Part shown: positions 26,146 through 40,539 of the stretch, piece after piece | Numbering within the stretch: position 1 is the first letter of the stretch | How the letters are laid out: each line of letters starts with the position of its first letter | NCBI GenBank assembly: GCA_964016885.1 | Contig: OZ024740.1 | Location: forward strand, 97,836,001-97,900,000 | Reading direction: 5' to 3' | DNA from: Eledone cirrhosa | Taxonomy: Eukaryota | Length of the DNA stretch: 64,000 nt | The notes under the pieces: model-generated | The model's input: only the letters and a program-made list of their open reading frames with translations | Databases searched by the model: none | Told to the model about the DNA's origin: nothing | Made by a program: the position numbers and the translations under genes

Positions 26146-27409
26146 AACAATAATAATAATACGATAATAATCTGAAGTGATGAGATTAGGTAAAGCATCT
26201 TGATAATAATAATCTGAAACCTCAAGAAATAGTTGATGGTAGATTTTCTTATAAGAATATTTCATAATAAATATTGACATGAAGTATGAAGAAGATTAAA
26301 ATCAATACATACAGAAATGAAAAGCCAGCTCAAAGTACTGATTAAGATTTAGAGCTTGCGATCCTGTTCATCAGGAAATTATCTTTAATGGGGATATTTT
26401 CATCAAAGTGCAATATACGAATGAGGAAGATTAGGGAAAGGCATATAGGTTGGGTGAAATAGGCATCAATAAGGCTAATTCCTATGCATTCCTATATATA
26501 ATTCATACAAGGCTATGAATTTCAGGAATTCATTCATTTGAAAAGGCTGTTAAATTCTATGAGTTCAGCAACATAATCAACAACCTCAATGGATGCTTAA
26601 AGTATTTAAAGAAGCTATACGTTTATTGGTGCTAAAGGGATTGGATATTTCTGCAAAAAAATAATAAATAATAAAACTGAATCATAAATGTGTACATTAA
26701 AAGCAGGAGACATAAAATGAAGCAGGTATAGTATTTATAGAGAATGATCTGTTGAATGGGAATATTAATATGGATGATATAGATATTCCTTTTTACTTTT
26801 ATTATTTTACTGCTTTTAGTTGTTGGGTTGTGGCCCAACTAGAGTTCTGCTTCCGTGAATTTTTACTCAGCTACATCCATATGAATTCTTTGTACAGTAC
26901 TCATTTTTATAATTTTCATAATAGATGAATAGTTAAGTTCATGTTGACAAAGAGACACAATACTAATGGAAATTCCAATAGTGTGTAAGTACCAAATTTC
27001 TCTCACATGACTTATAGTGACTTGAGGCTAAATTAAAACTTATTTGCTGAAGATGCTATGTGGTATAATTGAATCAAGGATTGAGTGATGGATAAGCAGC
27101 ATGGCTGAATTGAAAATGCAGGTAAAGATTCAATTTAACATAGTTTAGAGTCAGTAACGGCAACAGTTTTACCTTGAAATTAAAATTACAATATAAGATA
27201 AAATAGGTAAGGTAATTACCATTGATACAAATAAGTCAAGCTAGAAAATTGAACAGTTCTTTCTCCACTGCACAATGACTACACTATATTCAGGCACAAG
27301 TATTAAAGCTTTTATGAAATTGCAAAAACAAATCAAACATGCAGTACATATTTGTAAAAAGATAAATCCAGGGCGGGGATAAATAATGATATAAATTATA
27401 CGTATGTAA

Positions 27410-28148
27410 TCTAAGAGGCACTTAGGAAGCTAGGTGTAAATGAATGGCTTGTGAAGAAGGTTAAGCAGGCGATGTATAGAGGAGCAACTGGCAGGTTTGG
27501 AAGTGAGTACAGTGATGAATTTGAAGTGCAGGTGGGTATCAACCAGGGCTCAGTCCTCTGTCCACTCTTGTTTTCTTGTTTATCATTATCCTTCAGGCCA
27601 CCACTGGGGAGTTTAAAACAGGCACTCAATTAAAGATCATATATACAAATGACCTAGTTTATATAGTTGAATCTGTAGGAAAGTTAGTGACAAAATTTCA
27701 AACATGGAAAAAGAACTAAGAGTTGTAAGTCCTAAAACTAAACTTAGTGAAGTTGAAAGTGTTAATAAGTAGGAAAGAGGACACTATCTGGGAAATAGCC
27801 TTCTTTGATATGTCAGAAAGGGGTTTTCAGAAATTCCATAAGGTGCATTCAGTACAATCTATGGACACACAAGATATGTAGTTGAATTGCAGGCAGATTA
27901 ACGGAAAAGATAGACTTTGTATGTGACAGATGAACAGGAGAAGTAAGAACTAAGAACTCACAAGAAATAGATTTCTTCAGCTGCCAGGGGTGATCAAATT
28001 AGTAGTGGGAGAGAATGCACTGTAAGTGTGATAGCCAGGATCAGAACAAGCTCAAAGAAGTTTAGAGAGATGATACCTCTGCTGACAACAAAGGGCTTCT
28101 TGCTCAGAGTGAAGGTTAGACAGTATTATCCCTGTATGCAAACTGCAT
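27410..28148 (+). mobile_element. Old RTE (PHD-type) RT fragment
   Basis: ALRKLGVNEWLV..VGINQGSVLCPLLF with a degraded Cys cluster; multiple stops. Confidence 0.75.
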
Positions 28149-29524
28149 ATATATATACATATGTCTTCTAGCCTAACTAAAACATGACCTAACCTGTCCC
28201 ATCCACATATTGCCCACCCCTTATTTGCTAGCTCCACTATCACTGCAACCCTGCCAATTCATGTCACATCACTCACAAAACAATACTGTCACTCCTGTAG
28301 TAGCTATTCTCAGCATCATTGTACATCCACACCACCATTCTGTCAAGGATCATTTCCATCCCACTCTGATCCTAACACCACCACATGCTCTATCCAAGTT
28401 CACCACCAAACCATCATCCCATTCTACAATAGATCATCCTCTGCCAAACCATGACACATGTGCCATAGCTCCCCTCTTCCACTACCTGTTTTCGTCACCT
28501 TACTTTATCTCCACCCTTCACCCTGTCAATTCTCTCCCCACTTGGTACTCACCCATGCCATATACGCTACCCTCCACCAAAAAGTAGAGAGGGCTTATCA
28601 GTTGAGTCAACATACAGTAAAGTATTATTTATTTAGTATCCAATAGTCAGGGAGACCAATTGTCTGGTTTCTTTTTGTTGCATGTCACTAAATATATTTT
28701 CTTCTAATTGCTATCACTTGCAACTGATGACACCTATATTCCAATACTTGCATCCAAGTTGAAAGAACAGTGAACAGACCTTAATAATTTTTCACAATAT
28801 TTATCTACTTACATACTCTCCATCACTTAATGTGAATTTTCCCCTGAGTTTAATGACGTTGAAAATTTTTTCAAAAAGTTTTTGAAAAAGTGTTGAATAT
28901 CAGAATGCAATAATGTAAATATAACATAAATTTTTCAAAATTTTATGACATTAAGAAAACAAAAGTAACAGCTTATAAAATTTATGATTGATTTAAAGTC
29001 AAGTAAAGATGTTAATATGCAGGAAACATTAAACATTTTTTAGAAGTAGATACAATTTAATATAAGCAGTTTAGTGCAATAAGATATGAGGTTAACTGGT
29101 CATCCTAAAGGTTAAGCAGTCTGAGCAATACACGACCATCATGGAACTTTGTGTGATTTGAATTAGCTGACTTATAAACATTAAGATGTGTGAAGTAAAA
29201 CAAATTCAGTACATCATCATTTAATGCCCACTTTCCCTGTTAGCAAACCTCTCAAATGAGACAAAGGCCCATACCACATTTACATACATTCCCACTCTCT
29301 GAAAAGTTTATTAGTTGTCTTGCTTACATATGTTCCTGCATTTACTGAGTACAAAGGGTCTATTTGATAATGGCTCCAGCACTAGGGAGGTTATCATGTT
29401 TTGACACAGCTGAAGAATCCTCTTGACCCTTCATTTAGCAGATTTTCTATAGCAGCTTGTTCTTCATATCATAAAGCCTTTTACAGACTGTACACTTTTT
29501 ATAATATATATTGTGTAATATAAA

Positions 29525-29790
29525 TATTGGCTTTGCCTTTGATCCTGACGGAGTCAATAAAATAAAGTTACAGTTACGCACTGGGATTGATTTAATCTAC
29601 TTTCCACTTCCCCAACAATTGTTGGCCTTGTACCTCAATCAGAAACCATTATTATTATTATTATTAATCCCGCCGAGGTTAACTTTGCCTTTCATCCTTA
29701 CGGGGTCGATAAAATAAAGTACCAGTAATGAACTGGTTATTGCTGGCCTTGTGCCAAAAGTAGACACAATTATTATTATTATTATTATTT
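29525..29790 (+). mobile_element. Two tandem partial SINEs
   Basis: ctttgcctttcatccttacggggtcgataaaataaagtaccag-type body twice, each with a (TTA)n tail. Confidence 0.8.
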
Positions 29791-30711
29791 TGATTGCAAT
29801 GACCCAGCATGATTACACCACATGAACTGGAACAGTTAAAAAAGTTCAAGAGCTATTATTCCTTCTATACCCATATCATGAAGAATGATGGCAGGTATAT
29901 TAATTATAACGAATGGCACAGACATTCTAAATTACAAATGAAACCATTGATAAATTTTTTGCCTGTTTGTTCTCAGTTAAATGGACAAGATCAATAATGT
30001 GACAGTGCATACCACCCACCGAAAATGATGTTATATCACAGTATATGATCACGCAAACACTCGAGTTGTCTAAAATGAGAGCTTTGTTACTTATAATATT
30101 TTGTTACTGCTCCACTGAATAGTTTAATAATTATTATTATAAAAATTATGAAAAAGAAGATGATAGTGTATTTACACAAATGTTGCAATCTTTATAAAAC
30201 ATTAAAGATTGATTGTTTCCTATTGTACTAACCCATCAAAATGATTCAGAAATAAAATTTAAACCGTGAGGGAAATATCAAAATATATTTACTTTATTTG
30301 TATTCCTTGCTAAGTAGTTTAGTTTGTGTAAATACACTGGTACACTCTTGTGTTTCAATAATGTCTATAATAAGAATATATACCAACACATTCCAGCCAT
30401 GACCATCCAGTCAATAGATCATTTAACACATTATTTGATAATAATAGGTCAAAATTGTTTAATATATTTACAAATTATATAAAAATATATCCTTTGTTAT
30501 ATTTTATATAAAAACATTTCCTCTTATAGTGGTTTATTGAAATGAAAGTAAAATGTTGCTTGACTAGATGCTCTCATAATTTTTGTGTGTCCAATTATAT
30601 GTTCTTGTAGTGGCATATATATATATATATATACAAAATTAGAATTTGATTTCTCACTCTCACATAGTAGGTTACATAAATGTTTTTTATGAGATTTATA
30701 TCGAATAATAA

Positions 30712-30812
30712 TAATCATTTCTACTTTTGGCAAAAGGCCAGCAATTATTCCAGTGCATTACTGGTGCTTTATTTTATCAACCCTGTAAGGATGACTGGCA
30801 AAGTTAACCTTA
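30712..30812 (-). mobile_element. Partial SINE
   Basis: Reverse complement of the SINE 3' half. Confidence 0.7.
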
Positions 30813-32673
30813 AAGAGCGAATAATAATAATTTTCAATTCATTTGCAAGCAAACAGCCTTATTACACTATATTTTATGACTACTATCATCCGGTCATTCT
30901 AGCAGTAGCAGCATTGAGACACAGTCAACATGTTTCTGGGTTATTGCCTTTTGTCAAGGCTGTGTATCTCTCAGTCACTAGGTACTCAAAGGTTTAGTAT
31001 ATATATATATATATATATATATACGAAAATACCATGTATCAACCGAAACAAAGTTAATTTCAGCATTTTAATGTTTCTGTTTTATTTTTTTTATTTTTCA
31101 TTTTACATTCAGAAAAGAGGTTGGGCCTCACTAATCCAGCAAGCTAGGGTAGAAAATAGCAAAATAATGTAATATACCATACTGTTGAGGAACCTACACC
31201 ATATGCTGCACACATGGCTATCACCAATGCACCACTGTAATTTTTTCTGTATCAATACCTTCCCTTTTAAATTGCTGGCCCTGAGCTAAAAATAGACAAT
31301 TATTACAACCATTATTGTTATCAATGATATTGGCATTATTATTGTTATTATTGTTTTTTTCTGTCCCAGCTACTAAATTTTGCTAGCTGTCATCATCAAA
31401 AGGTTCAGTACGTTATGGAGGAATTTACATTTCTGCATTGTGGTCATTACACTTGGCACAATCATGGATTTTGTACCTCTCCTAAGATGACTTTTTTGAG
31501 TATGGTTTTGCGTTCATACAAACCAATTTCTGTATATCCCCTGTACTACGGACGTTACAAGCTTTCTAACGTTTTATCTGTTTCTTCAGTGCATTTTCAA
31601 CCCTTTCTATTCCTCTAGCAAAGCTACTCACAATTATTGGTACTGTCTGTGGTTGGTGTTCCTTATATTTTTCTCTCACTTTGTAAGTTATTTATTGATA
31701 CTTCAACAATTTTTCAGTATATTTTTTCTCTAAGTATTTTCTTTGGACAAGTCATGTCACATAAATAAATTTTCTTTTCATGTTTCAATACAAGTGTTAG
31801 ATCTAGCTATCATGCTGTTCAAGTTTTTAACTACTACTAAAATCCCCAGAGTAACTTTGACCTCTCATTTTCTAACACCTACCCATTTACCAATTTTCTT
31901 TGTTGCAAATTGCACTTTTGGTGAGCAGCTCCTGCTTCTTTAGCAAACATCATAAAAACATTGTTTTGCTTCCTTAGTTTATCCCTCCCAGCTAATGCCT
32001 TGCAACCAGGCAAGAAATAATGAACTGTTTACAATCATCTGTTTCTGTTGGTAGACATCTACTGATCTTCCTTCCATATCCCAGTCTCCATCATTTATTT
32101 CTGCATGCTTAGTATTGCTGCTCTCTTGTTATTCATTCTACCTTGCATTGGAAATACTGCACTTTTTATTTCCTGCCTTCTATACTTTTAAATTCTAATC
32201 TTTTTTCAGTTTCTGCTGCTTTCATCTTCTTTTTAACTGTCTTCCAGCTCTGCTTCCAGCCACCTTCTAAGATATTACCTTCAAATTATGACTAGTGGTC
32301 AGGAATCTTGATATGATAATCCTGCTTTTATTTTCATCTCCTTTAGGTTTTTCTTTTCTCTTTCTGTTGCTTTCCTTCTATATTTTCTTCAGAATAACTC
32401 ATTCCTTACTTTTGCAGTTAGTTGTCTAAATTCTTTCATTTGTTTCTGAAAATGTCTCTCTCTTTGGTTTCCACCTATTGTTTTCATATGTATTTTTCTT
32501 TTAGTCCTACATTTAATGCAACAAACTATCCTACATTTACACCCTGTCCATGATGACATAGGATTCACAGCATGTAAGTGCTTGCCTATCACTTTATTTG
32601 CTATCTCTCCAACTTAACAATCCTGTTTGTTTTTTTCAATTTTCTCTTTCTATAAAAACACATTTAGTTAAGA

Positions 32674-33851
32674 CTATCAGAATGGCCGGCGTTGCTCGGG
32701 ATTCTAAACACAGATTGGCATGTTTATCACTCCTTTCTGAAACAGTACAGAGAAGTGCGGAATACCTCAATGTCGGGTTGGTATCTACATTTTGTGCTTA
32801 AAAAAAAATTTGTCGAAGATTACTAGGGGTTTAACTTAATTGTATGCCTGAGAGTAAAATGTTCAACCCACGAAAGCCAAGACGATAGGCATTCGACAAA
32901 CCGAACATGTATTTGTTGTGCTATGCTACAATGGAAGGAATAGTTACAAAGCAGTAAGCACGTGGGACTGCAATGGTGGAGAGTGGTATTGTCTTACTCC
33001 TTTTATTGTTCCGTTGTATGTTCACCAATTGATGCAGAAGTCCTAATAAAAAGTGAAGTCACTTTGGGTGAATAGGCAAATAATTTTCCATTACGATTTT
33101 TCAAAAGCACTGAGCTCCTTCTCTTTTTTGTTGTTGTTTTTGCTGCTGTTGGTGTGATAGCAGCCGCTGGTCGTACTACTAACACAGTCTCGTCCTTCTT
33201 CAGCCAATCGTGTATATGCCCTTCTGCCTCGTCTACCTAAAAAATGATTGTAGCACCTCCTTGTACACAATGTTCCTTGTACACAATGTTCCTTGTACAC
33301 AATGTTTCTTGCTTCCCACTCTTGAGCAGCCAACGTATAGTTGCCCGTGTGAAAAACATGACTCTTCCAAAATATATATTACAATAACAGATTAAAGTTT
33401 AAGTAAAGAATCACTGCTCTCACCCTTAACGGAATCTTCTGAAACTAAAAAAAATCAATATGTGAACGTAGAAGTAAATATTTCGAAAAACGTTGCAACC
33501 GAAGGAAAACAGGAAGACGATACTTTGGTTTGTGAAGACGTTCCCTGGCAATGAACGGAAAATAGCGAAGATAATACGTCAGCAATGATAACAATATTTG
33601 TCATAATATCGTAATGTAGACAGCCAGACATACAGACAGATATTATAAGGGCGCGACGTTATAGCTATGTATCTATCTAAAAGGACAGACTAAGAAAGAC
33701 AGAGAGATCGCTAACCGGCACCTAATGCGGTCCCTAGGGCATTGAACATTTGAAATATGTTTTGCTCAGAACACCCACACAACCGTAAGTATTACATGTG
33801 TAAAGTTTGAAAAACATCGGTTGGGTGGTTCTCGAGTTTTAGATATATAGA
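32674..33851 (-). mobile_element. Non-autonomous Helitron-like element
   Basis: Minus strand starts TCTATATATCTAAAAC and ends CCCGAGCAACGCCGGCCATTCTGATAG (GC hairpin, CTAG degenerated to ATAG); termini match 54838-55806. Confidence 0.7.
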
Positions 33852-34587
33852 TATTTAGTTTGGCCAGTGGCTCAATAATATAATTTTTTCAAACTCCTGC
33901 TCTTCATTTGAATATTCAGTTGCATCATGTAGACTAGATTCTTGTCATATTGATTCATCTGGTTGATACGTGTTCTCTGATTTACCTTCTCCTCCTTGAG
34001 TACTATCATTTTATGAGCCACCAGCTTCATTAGTGTAAGTTGGTCCATTGCTATAGGGATTTTCTCAACCTTCAGCAAATAAGCAATTCCTATCAAGCAA
34101 TACTTGATTAGAAATCTCTTGTTCCTTTTAATTCATGGTGCATTATCACATAACATTTCGGCAGGAAGATGAATATTTAGGATACTCTGTATTCAATATC
34201 TCTCTTAAATGTTTTTCAAAAACCCAGGACCTTTCTTTCTTTCCTCACTATCAATCTTTACATGTTTCATGTCCATCTTACAATTTAAACAACTTTTACT
34301 TTATTATTTGTGATCCAATTTTTCAGAAGCAGAAACTTTTTCATATCTTGTCCCCAGAAGAAAAGTGTTCTCCAGAAGAAAAGTGGGAATGGAAATACTC
34401 GAGCAAAGAACTTACGAAAAATAAAAGTGTAGAAAGGATGAAGAATGTAAATCATAAATTTACATTTTTCATGTGGATGTAACATATGGATTTAAAAACA
34501 AAGGCTAAAACAATTGAAAGCAAGGCTGAAATTTAATATAAAATAAAATAACAAGAGAAAATAGAACGTATTGTAATAAATAAATAA

Positions 34588-34693
<106 letters not shown>

Positions 34694-35120
34694 GAATAAA
34701 GTTAGTCCTTTATCAGAGATCTTCCAACCTTCATTGGTATTTCATCGCTTTAAAGACCATATACCTCCGGTTGGTGCGAGAAACGGCTAAAGAAAGTCGT
34801 TGGGACACGTAATAAGGGGAACGAGCGAGACTGTAAACAATCAAAGATGGTAATGCAACGAAAAGTGAGGACGAAGGAGTCAAGTCCCTGAATTCAATGA
34901 ATATAAGTTCTGTGAAATCGTTGACGAGAGAGAATAAAGACCATCAAACCTAGTCGAAATGTGAGCAAGGAAGGAATTCCGCACCGGTCAAACGGGAGGA
35001 AGAAGGAGTCTAGTCCCTGAATTCGGTGAAATCGTAGACAAGAGAGAGAAAAAAGGAACAACCAACCTGGTCAAGTGTGCGCGAGAAAAGAATTACGCAC
35101 AGGTCAAGCGGGAGGAAATA
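34694..35120 (-). mobile_element. (TA)n-flanked non-coding repeat (family also at 37595-37672 and 48650-49220) with an internal ~125-bp tandem duplication
   Basis: cattggtatttcatcgc..tacctc.ggttggtgcgag shared with 48736-48785; gaaggagtc.agtccctgaattc...gggaggaa twice in 34873-35118. Confidence 0.6.
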
Positions 35121-35875
35121 TATATATATATGTATGTGTCTGTGTGTGTGTGTGTGTGTAATAATTCTGGTGAGTATAAACCCTTAATATATGTGAAAAA
35201 TATTTGAATTATGTATCTATTGATAAAAACAACATATATACTCACCCAAATTAATTATATAAATATTTATATAAATAAATAACTTGTTGAAATATAATAA
35301 AATATAATATACTTACAACCTTAATTCTTCATAAAATATACTTATACATTTTATCTATATAATATTAAAACACACGAATAGAATAGATCCAATAATTAGT
35401 AGTATCGCACAATTTAAAAAAAAAATTAAATTTGTATTCTACCACTTCAACACATTTATAATTCTCATATTATTTTATAGATACTACCAACATATATATT
35501 TATATAATTAAATAAATAAATATAATTATTTCACTCTCTTTACAACATCACTGATATGATCCATACAATTATATTTTAATAATAATAGTCTATTTCTAAC
35601 TACATTATATTTTTTTCTTATATTCATTCCTTAAATTTTCTTAGACCCTAATATTAATATTAACCTCACTATCTTCTTCACTTAAATTTTAAAAAAAAAT
35701 ATCCTAATAATTATTTAGATTTACCTAGCGTCTAAATATAACGATTTTTTTCAACTTTACGTTAGACTCATTAACATATTCATCCTAAGAATTGAAATTT
35801 CTTTCACTATTCAAACAGAACTGAAAACTATAAGTTCTTGTTTTTTGGATATGTCACTATTTATGAAACAACTTT

Positions 35876-35939
35876 TGTATTTTCTCTGATGAGGACATAC
35901 CAAAATTTTGGTACCCTTGAAATAATTATAATAAAATAA
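35876..35939 (+). ncRNA. Minimal type I hammerhead ribozyme motif
   Basis: tgtattttct-CTGATGA-(imperfect stem II ggacatacc aaaatttt ggtaccctt)-GAAAT-AATT-ATA^ataaaata. Confidence 0.65.
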
Positions 35940-36069
35940 ATATGGTTTTATAAATATAGTTTCCATTTATTAATATTTTTGATATTATACTCCAGAAGAA
36001 ATCTGTAGAGTGCTTCGAATCTGTTATAAATAAATTTGTTGGATAACCAACAAATTAAATAACTCTTTG

Positions 36070-36373
<304 letters not shown>

Positions 36374-36379
36374 CATACA

Positions 36380-36905
36380 TACATATACGTGTTTTGCAAC
36401 GGGTCACTTTGTGGCTCAATGAAAAGTTAATAAATTAAATAATCAGAGCTATATATCATAAAACATGTCTGTAGAATCACCAGATAAAATATATACCATT
36501 TCCTCTCCCAATTAGCTTAATTAACTATATAAAAACTCGAATAGACCAGGCTATAAGAATAAGGCTTCTATGAAGAAATCTCCAACAAATAACCGAAACT
36601 AGCCCTTCGCGTCGGCCGCGACGAAACCATGGTAGAGGTAAATAAATGTATTCTATTTTCTCCTAGTTTATTGTACACCTAATTCTGTTTAATTGACTGT
36701 ATCTGGGCGATTACGCTGTCCAAATATTCGATAAATATTCCGTCGCGGCCGACGCGATGGGCTAGTTTCGGTTATTTGTTGGAGATTTCTTCATAGAAGC
36801 CTTATTCTTATAGCCTGGTATATTCGATTTTTTATATAGTTAATTAAGCTAATTGGGAGAGGAAATGGTATATATTTTATCTGGTGATTCTATAGACATG
36901 TTTTA

Positions 36906-36912
<7 letters not shown>
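36380..36912. repeat. Fold-back element with ~175-bp arms; family also at 44690-44900 and 57960-58440
   Basis: 36450-36623 is nearly the reverse complement of 36741-36912; shared ggctcaatgaa..aatcagagc..ctctcccaat blocks. Confidence 0.85.
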
Positions 36913-36962
<50 letters not shown>

Positions 36963-37469
36963 AATATATATATATAATATATATATATAGTATATATATA
37001 TATACATATATATGTGTGTGTGTGTGTGCATATATGTACATATATATATATAATTAATTATATATATAGGACACACATATATAGCACGTACTTACACGCA
37101 CATAACACATGTGATACATACACACACATATATATATGTATATATACACAGATTTTACTAAACTTCTATATATACACACATATACACACACATATACATG
37201 CGTAAATAGAAATGTGAATATATAAAAACCATATATTCGTGCATACATGCGGACACACATGCAAAAGTATATATACAAACACACATACATATGCATGTAT
37301 GCATATGAGTGTGTTTTCGTGAGTGTGTATATATATGAATGTATATATATATATATTTCTTCTTACCCCTTTTTGGGTAATGGAATAATTGCCTTATGTT
37401 GTTTATTACATAACTATATATATATATATATATTATTCAAAATGAAAAATATTCTCATAACCAAAATAT

Positions 37470-37533
37470 ATATTTTATTATACATATTTTATTGTACAAT
37501 GGTGTTTAAGTACGTTTTCATCAGATAAAATAT
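37470..37533 (-). ncRNA. Degenerate hammerhead motif (GAAA>AAAA) with a short fold-back at 37506-37559
   Basis: atattttat-CTGATGA-aaacgtac..gtacaat-AAAAT-ATGT-ATA^ataaaatat. Confidence 0.55.
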
Positions 37534-37905
37534 ATTTTATCTAATGAAAACGTACTTAAGTTCATATATATCTGGGACTTGTTTCTCCTCTTCCTATCTT
37601 TCCGTGATCTTTAAAGCGAAGAAATACCAATGAAGGTTGGAAGATCACTGATGAAGGACTAATTTTATTCACATATATATATATACTCGTATATATGTAT
37701 ATATATATATATATACATATATAAATATTTATGCATTTTTATGTATATATATATATATAGGGTTCTTATATATTTCATATATATTTATCGAGCCCTTTTT
37801 GGATTTTCTTACTATTATATATATATATATATAATAATAGTTTCAGAAGACCCCGTTAAGGGTGTAAGCAGCGATTCTTTGCTTAAACTTTAATCTGTTA
37901 TTTTA

Positions 37906-37994
<89 letters not shown>

Positions 37995-38212
37995 TAAGTT
38001 AAAAATGTACATCCACATATGTATACTGAAATACTAGTATGCATATGAATACACACACGTATACATATGTAGATGTACCAAGTCTTTCACTCGTTACTTT
38101 ACTGTGAGTATCCAGCTATTCTGTATGTAAACACACAGACAAACCGCTTTTTAGAGTCATACTGGTTTTTGAGGAAACACCTTTCCTCTATTCTCCAGAA
38201 AGCCAGACAAGG

Positions 38213-38257
38213 AATATTGAACTAGTTTCGTTGTTGTTACAACTCATCAGCAATATT
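38213..38257 (-). ncRNA. Intact minimal type I hammerhead ribozyme motif inside a longer hairpin (38191-38284)
   Basis: aatattg-CTGATGA-gttgt aaca acaac-GAAAC-TA-GTT^caatatt; perfect stems I and II; palindromic ACTAGT stem III. Confidence 0.88.
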
Positions 38258-38499
38258 TACCTATCTACCGGCCTTTCTGGAGAATCGTAAAAGCACATAT
38301 CGTTATATGCTTTTCCTTATATATATATATATATATAAATATATATATGAATATATATATATATAAATACATATATATAAATATATATATATAGATATAT
38401 GCATAAAAATATATATATAAATATATATATATATATATGTCTATAAATATATATATATATGGTGGAAGTTATAGTTCACTTGAAGCATTGTGTAATGAG

Positions 38500-40489
38500 G
38501 TATAACGTTTGTATTTGTAAAGCCAAATCAATGCAGGTATGGATATAGAATATAAATGTACCTCATCAAGACCCACAAGAATAGTACTAAGACACAAATA
38601 AGACCCATCGTCTCTAGCATAGAAGGACCTCGATACAAAATCTCCTGGCTCCTCTCCCAGTTCCTCAAGCCTCTACTCTCCTCCTATCCCGGGCATGTCA
38701 GTAGCTCCGACAAAGTCATACGTAGACTATACCAACTCCGACCAGAACAAATTAAACTAAATAGATACGCCTTTAGCCTCGACGTTGTCACCTTCTACAC
38801 TACAGTCCCCGCTCATCCAGCAGTCGATTTATTGACGGACTGCGTGGTTGCAGAGGACATCCACTGCTACGGCCTCCATCCGACGGACATACACCAGCTT
38901 TTGTCCTTCACAGTGGACAACACGTACTTCACCTTCCACCACCACACATACAGACAGACAACAGGATTACCCATGGGATCCAGCCTATTGGGCCTGCTGG
39001 CCATCACCTATATGAATCAGCTAGAATGCCGAGCCCTCAACACCTGCCATTCCCATACCTTCTTTACCCCATATGTAGATAACATACTCATCCTTACATC
39101 ATCCGAGGAGGCGGATAACACATACACGACATTCTCCAGCAAAAACGCCAGTATAAAGTTCAGCATGGAAGACCCCGATGACCGCGAATCCCTATCTCTA
39201 CTGTACTTCCAACTCAGGGTAACAGAGGAAGGCAACATCCACACCTGCTTCTATAAAAAAGCCGCCAGCAGGGACCTGTTTGTACATTTCAGATCGGCCC
39301 TCCCAGCCGGCGCTAAGTTCGTATACATAATGGACGAATTAATACGTATCCGGAACAAATGCACCGACGCTAGAGACTGAGACACACCACACATTTCCTG
39401 GAAGTACTCAAACTGAACGGATACCCGACGTCCACCACGAACCGTGCCAGAAAGAACAGAGTACACCACACCCGGGGCACTAACACCTGCTTCCTCAAGC
39501 TCCCACACTTCAGTGAGGAAACAACAGCAGCCATCCGCAGAGCTATCAGACAAGAGGGACTAGATATCCAACTAGCCCACTCAGGATCTTCTCTACGCGG
39601 ACGGCTAACCAAAAGACACTCCACCAGACATGACAACCGCTGCAGGCTAGCCAACTGCCCCATCAACGACACAGACCTATGCCACCAGGCTTACGTCGTA
39701 TACAGATTAGAGTGCGACACATGCAGCAACTTCTACATCGGTAGCACCACCAGACCACTTCACATAAGAATAAAAGAACACCTCAATACTAACGCTTCCT
39801 CATTTAAGTAACACCTAGTGAAATGCAAAAAACACCGACACAAACATAACAGTTAGGATAGAAACTAAAGAAAGAAACCTCGGCAATCTTAGAATTAAGG
39901 AAGCACTGATTATAGACAAAACACAACCACCACTCAATAATAGACTAGAACTCAACACCCAATTTATAACTTGATAGAGCACCCAGTCCCATACTTACAT
40001 CCCTCCCGCCCACACACACGCACACGGACTCACACACACGCTTACACCTCTACTTACATCTCTCACACACACACATACACACACAAAGACCAGTTTTAAC
40101 ACGATAGAGCATCTATCCCCCAGATTTACGTATATACATATCTTCTCACACTCACACACATACTTACACCTTCACGTATTCTCCTACACACTTAAACATA
40201 CATGTACAAACCCCCTTTTAAAGGGAGACTACTCTTTATCCACCTAACCTTCACTCTTTGACATTAGAGATAGAACATATTCTCTATACCATTTCCTGTC
40301 AGCATGACTTGGCAAGCTATTTAGAACGCTGGTTTAACCACTTTACATCCCTCCGAAGAAGAGATATTATCTCGAAAATTAAGAATATTTAAATGAATTT
40401 AAAGTAAAAGAATAATTGTCAACATAATCTTTAGCATTTGCATTTATATTCTATATCCATACCTGCATTGTTTTGGCTTTACAAACGGT

Positions 40490-40495
<6 letters not shown>
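38500..40495 (+). mobile_element. Penelope-like retroelement, 5'-truncated, with an inverted piece of its 3' end at the 5' junction
   Basis: RT (KTHK..IRPIVS, FSLDVVTFYT, QTTGLPMGS, YVDN) at 38556-39380; GIY-YIG (VVYRLECDTCSNFYIGSTTRPLHIRIKEHL, LRIKEALII) at about 39690-39974; 38501-38558 is the reverse complement of 40440-40494; (TA)n nearby on both sides. Confidence 0.9.
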
Positions 40496-40521
<26 letters not shown>

Positions 40522-40539
40522 AAAAAGTTAAAAAAAGAA

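Noticed and set aside
31370-34480. Possible very old RLE-type LINE on the minus strand around the Helitron, or host exons
   Set aside because: Only faint motif traces (VPIIV-like); too degraded to call, and no splice-consistent exon was seen
37838-37905. Hammerhead-like CAGAAGA-ccc gttaa gggt-G(A/T)NA in the three-copy repeat (33385, 37838, 54697)
   Set aside because: All copies deviate at conserved core positions and no stem I or III could be closed
39378-39380. TGA in the PLE ORF as possible selenocysteine recoding
   Set aside because: It lies next to a frameshift in a copy with other lesions, and no SECIS element was identified
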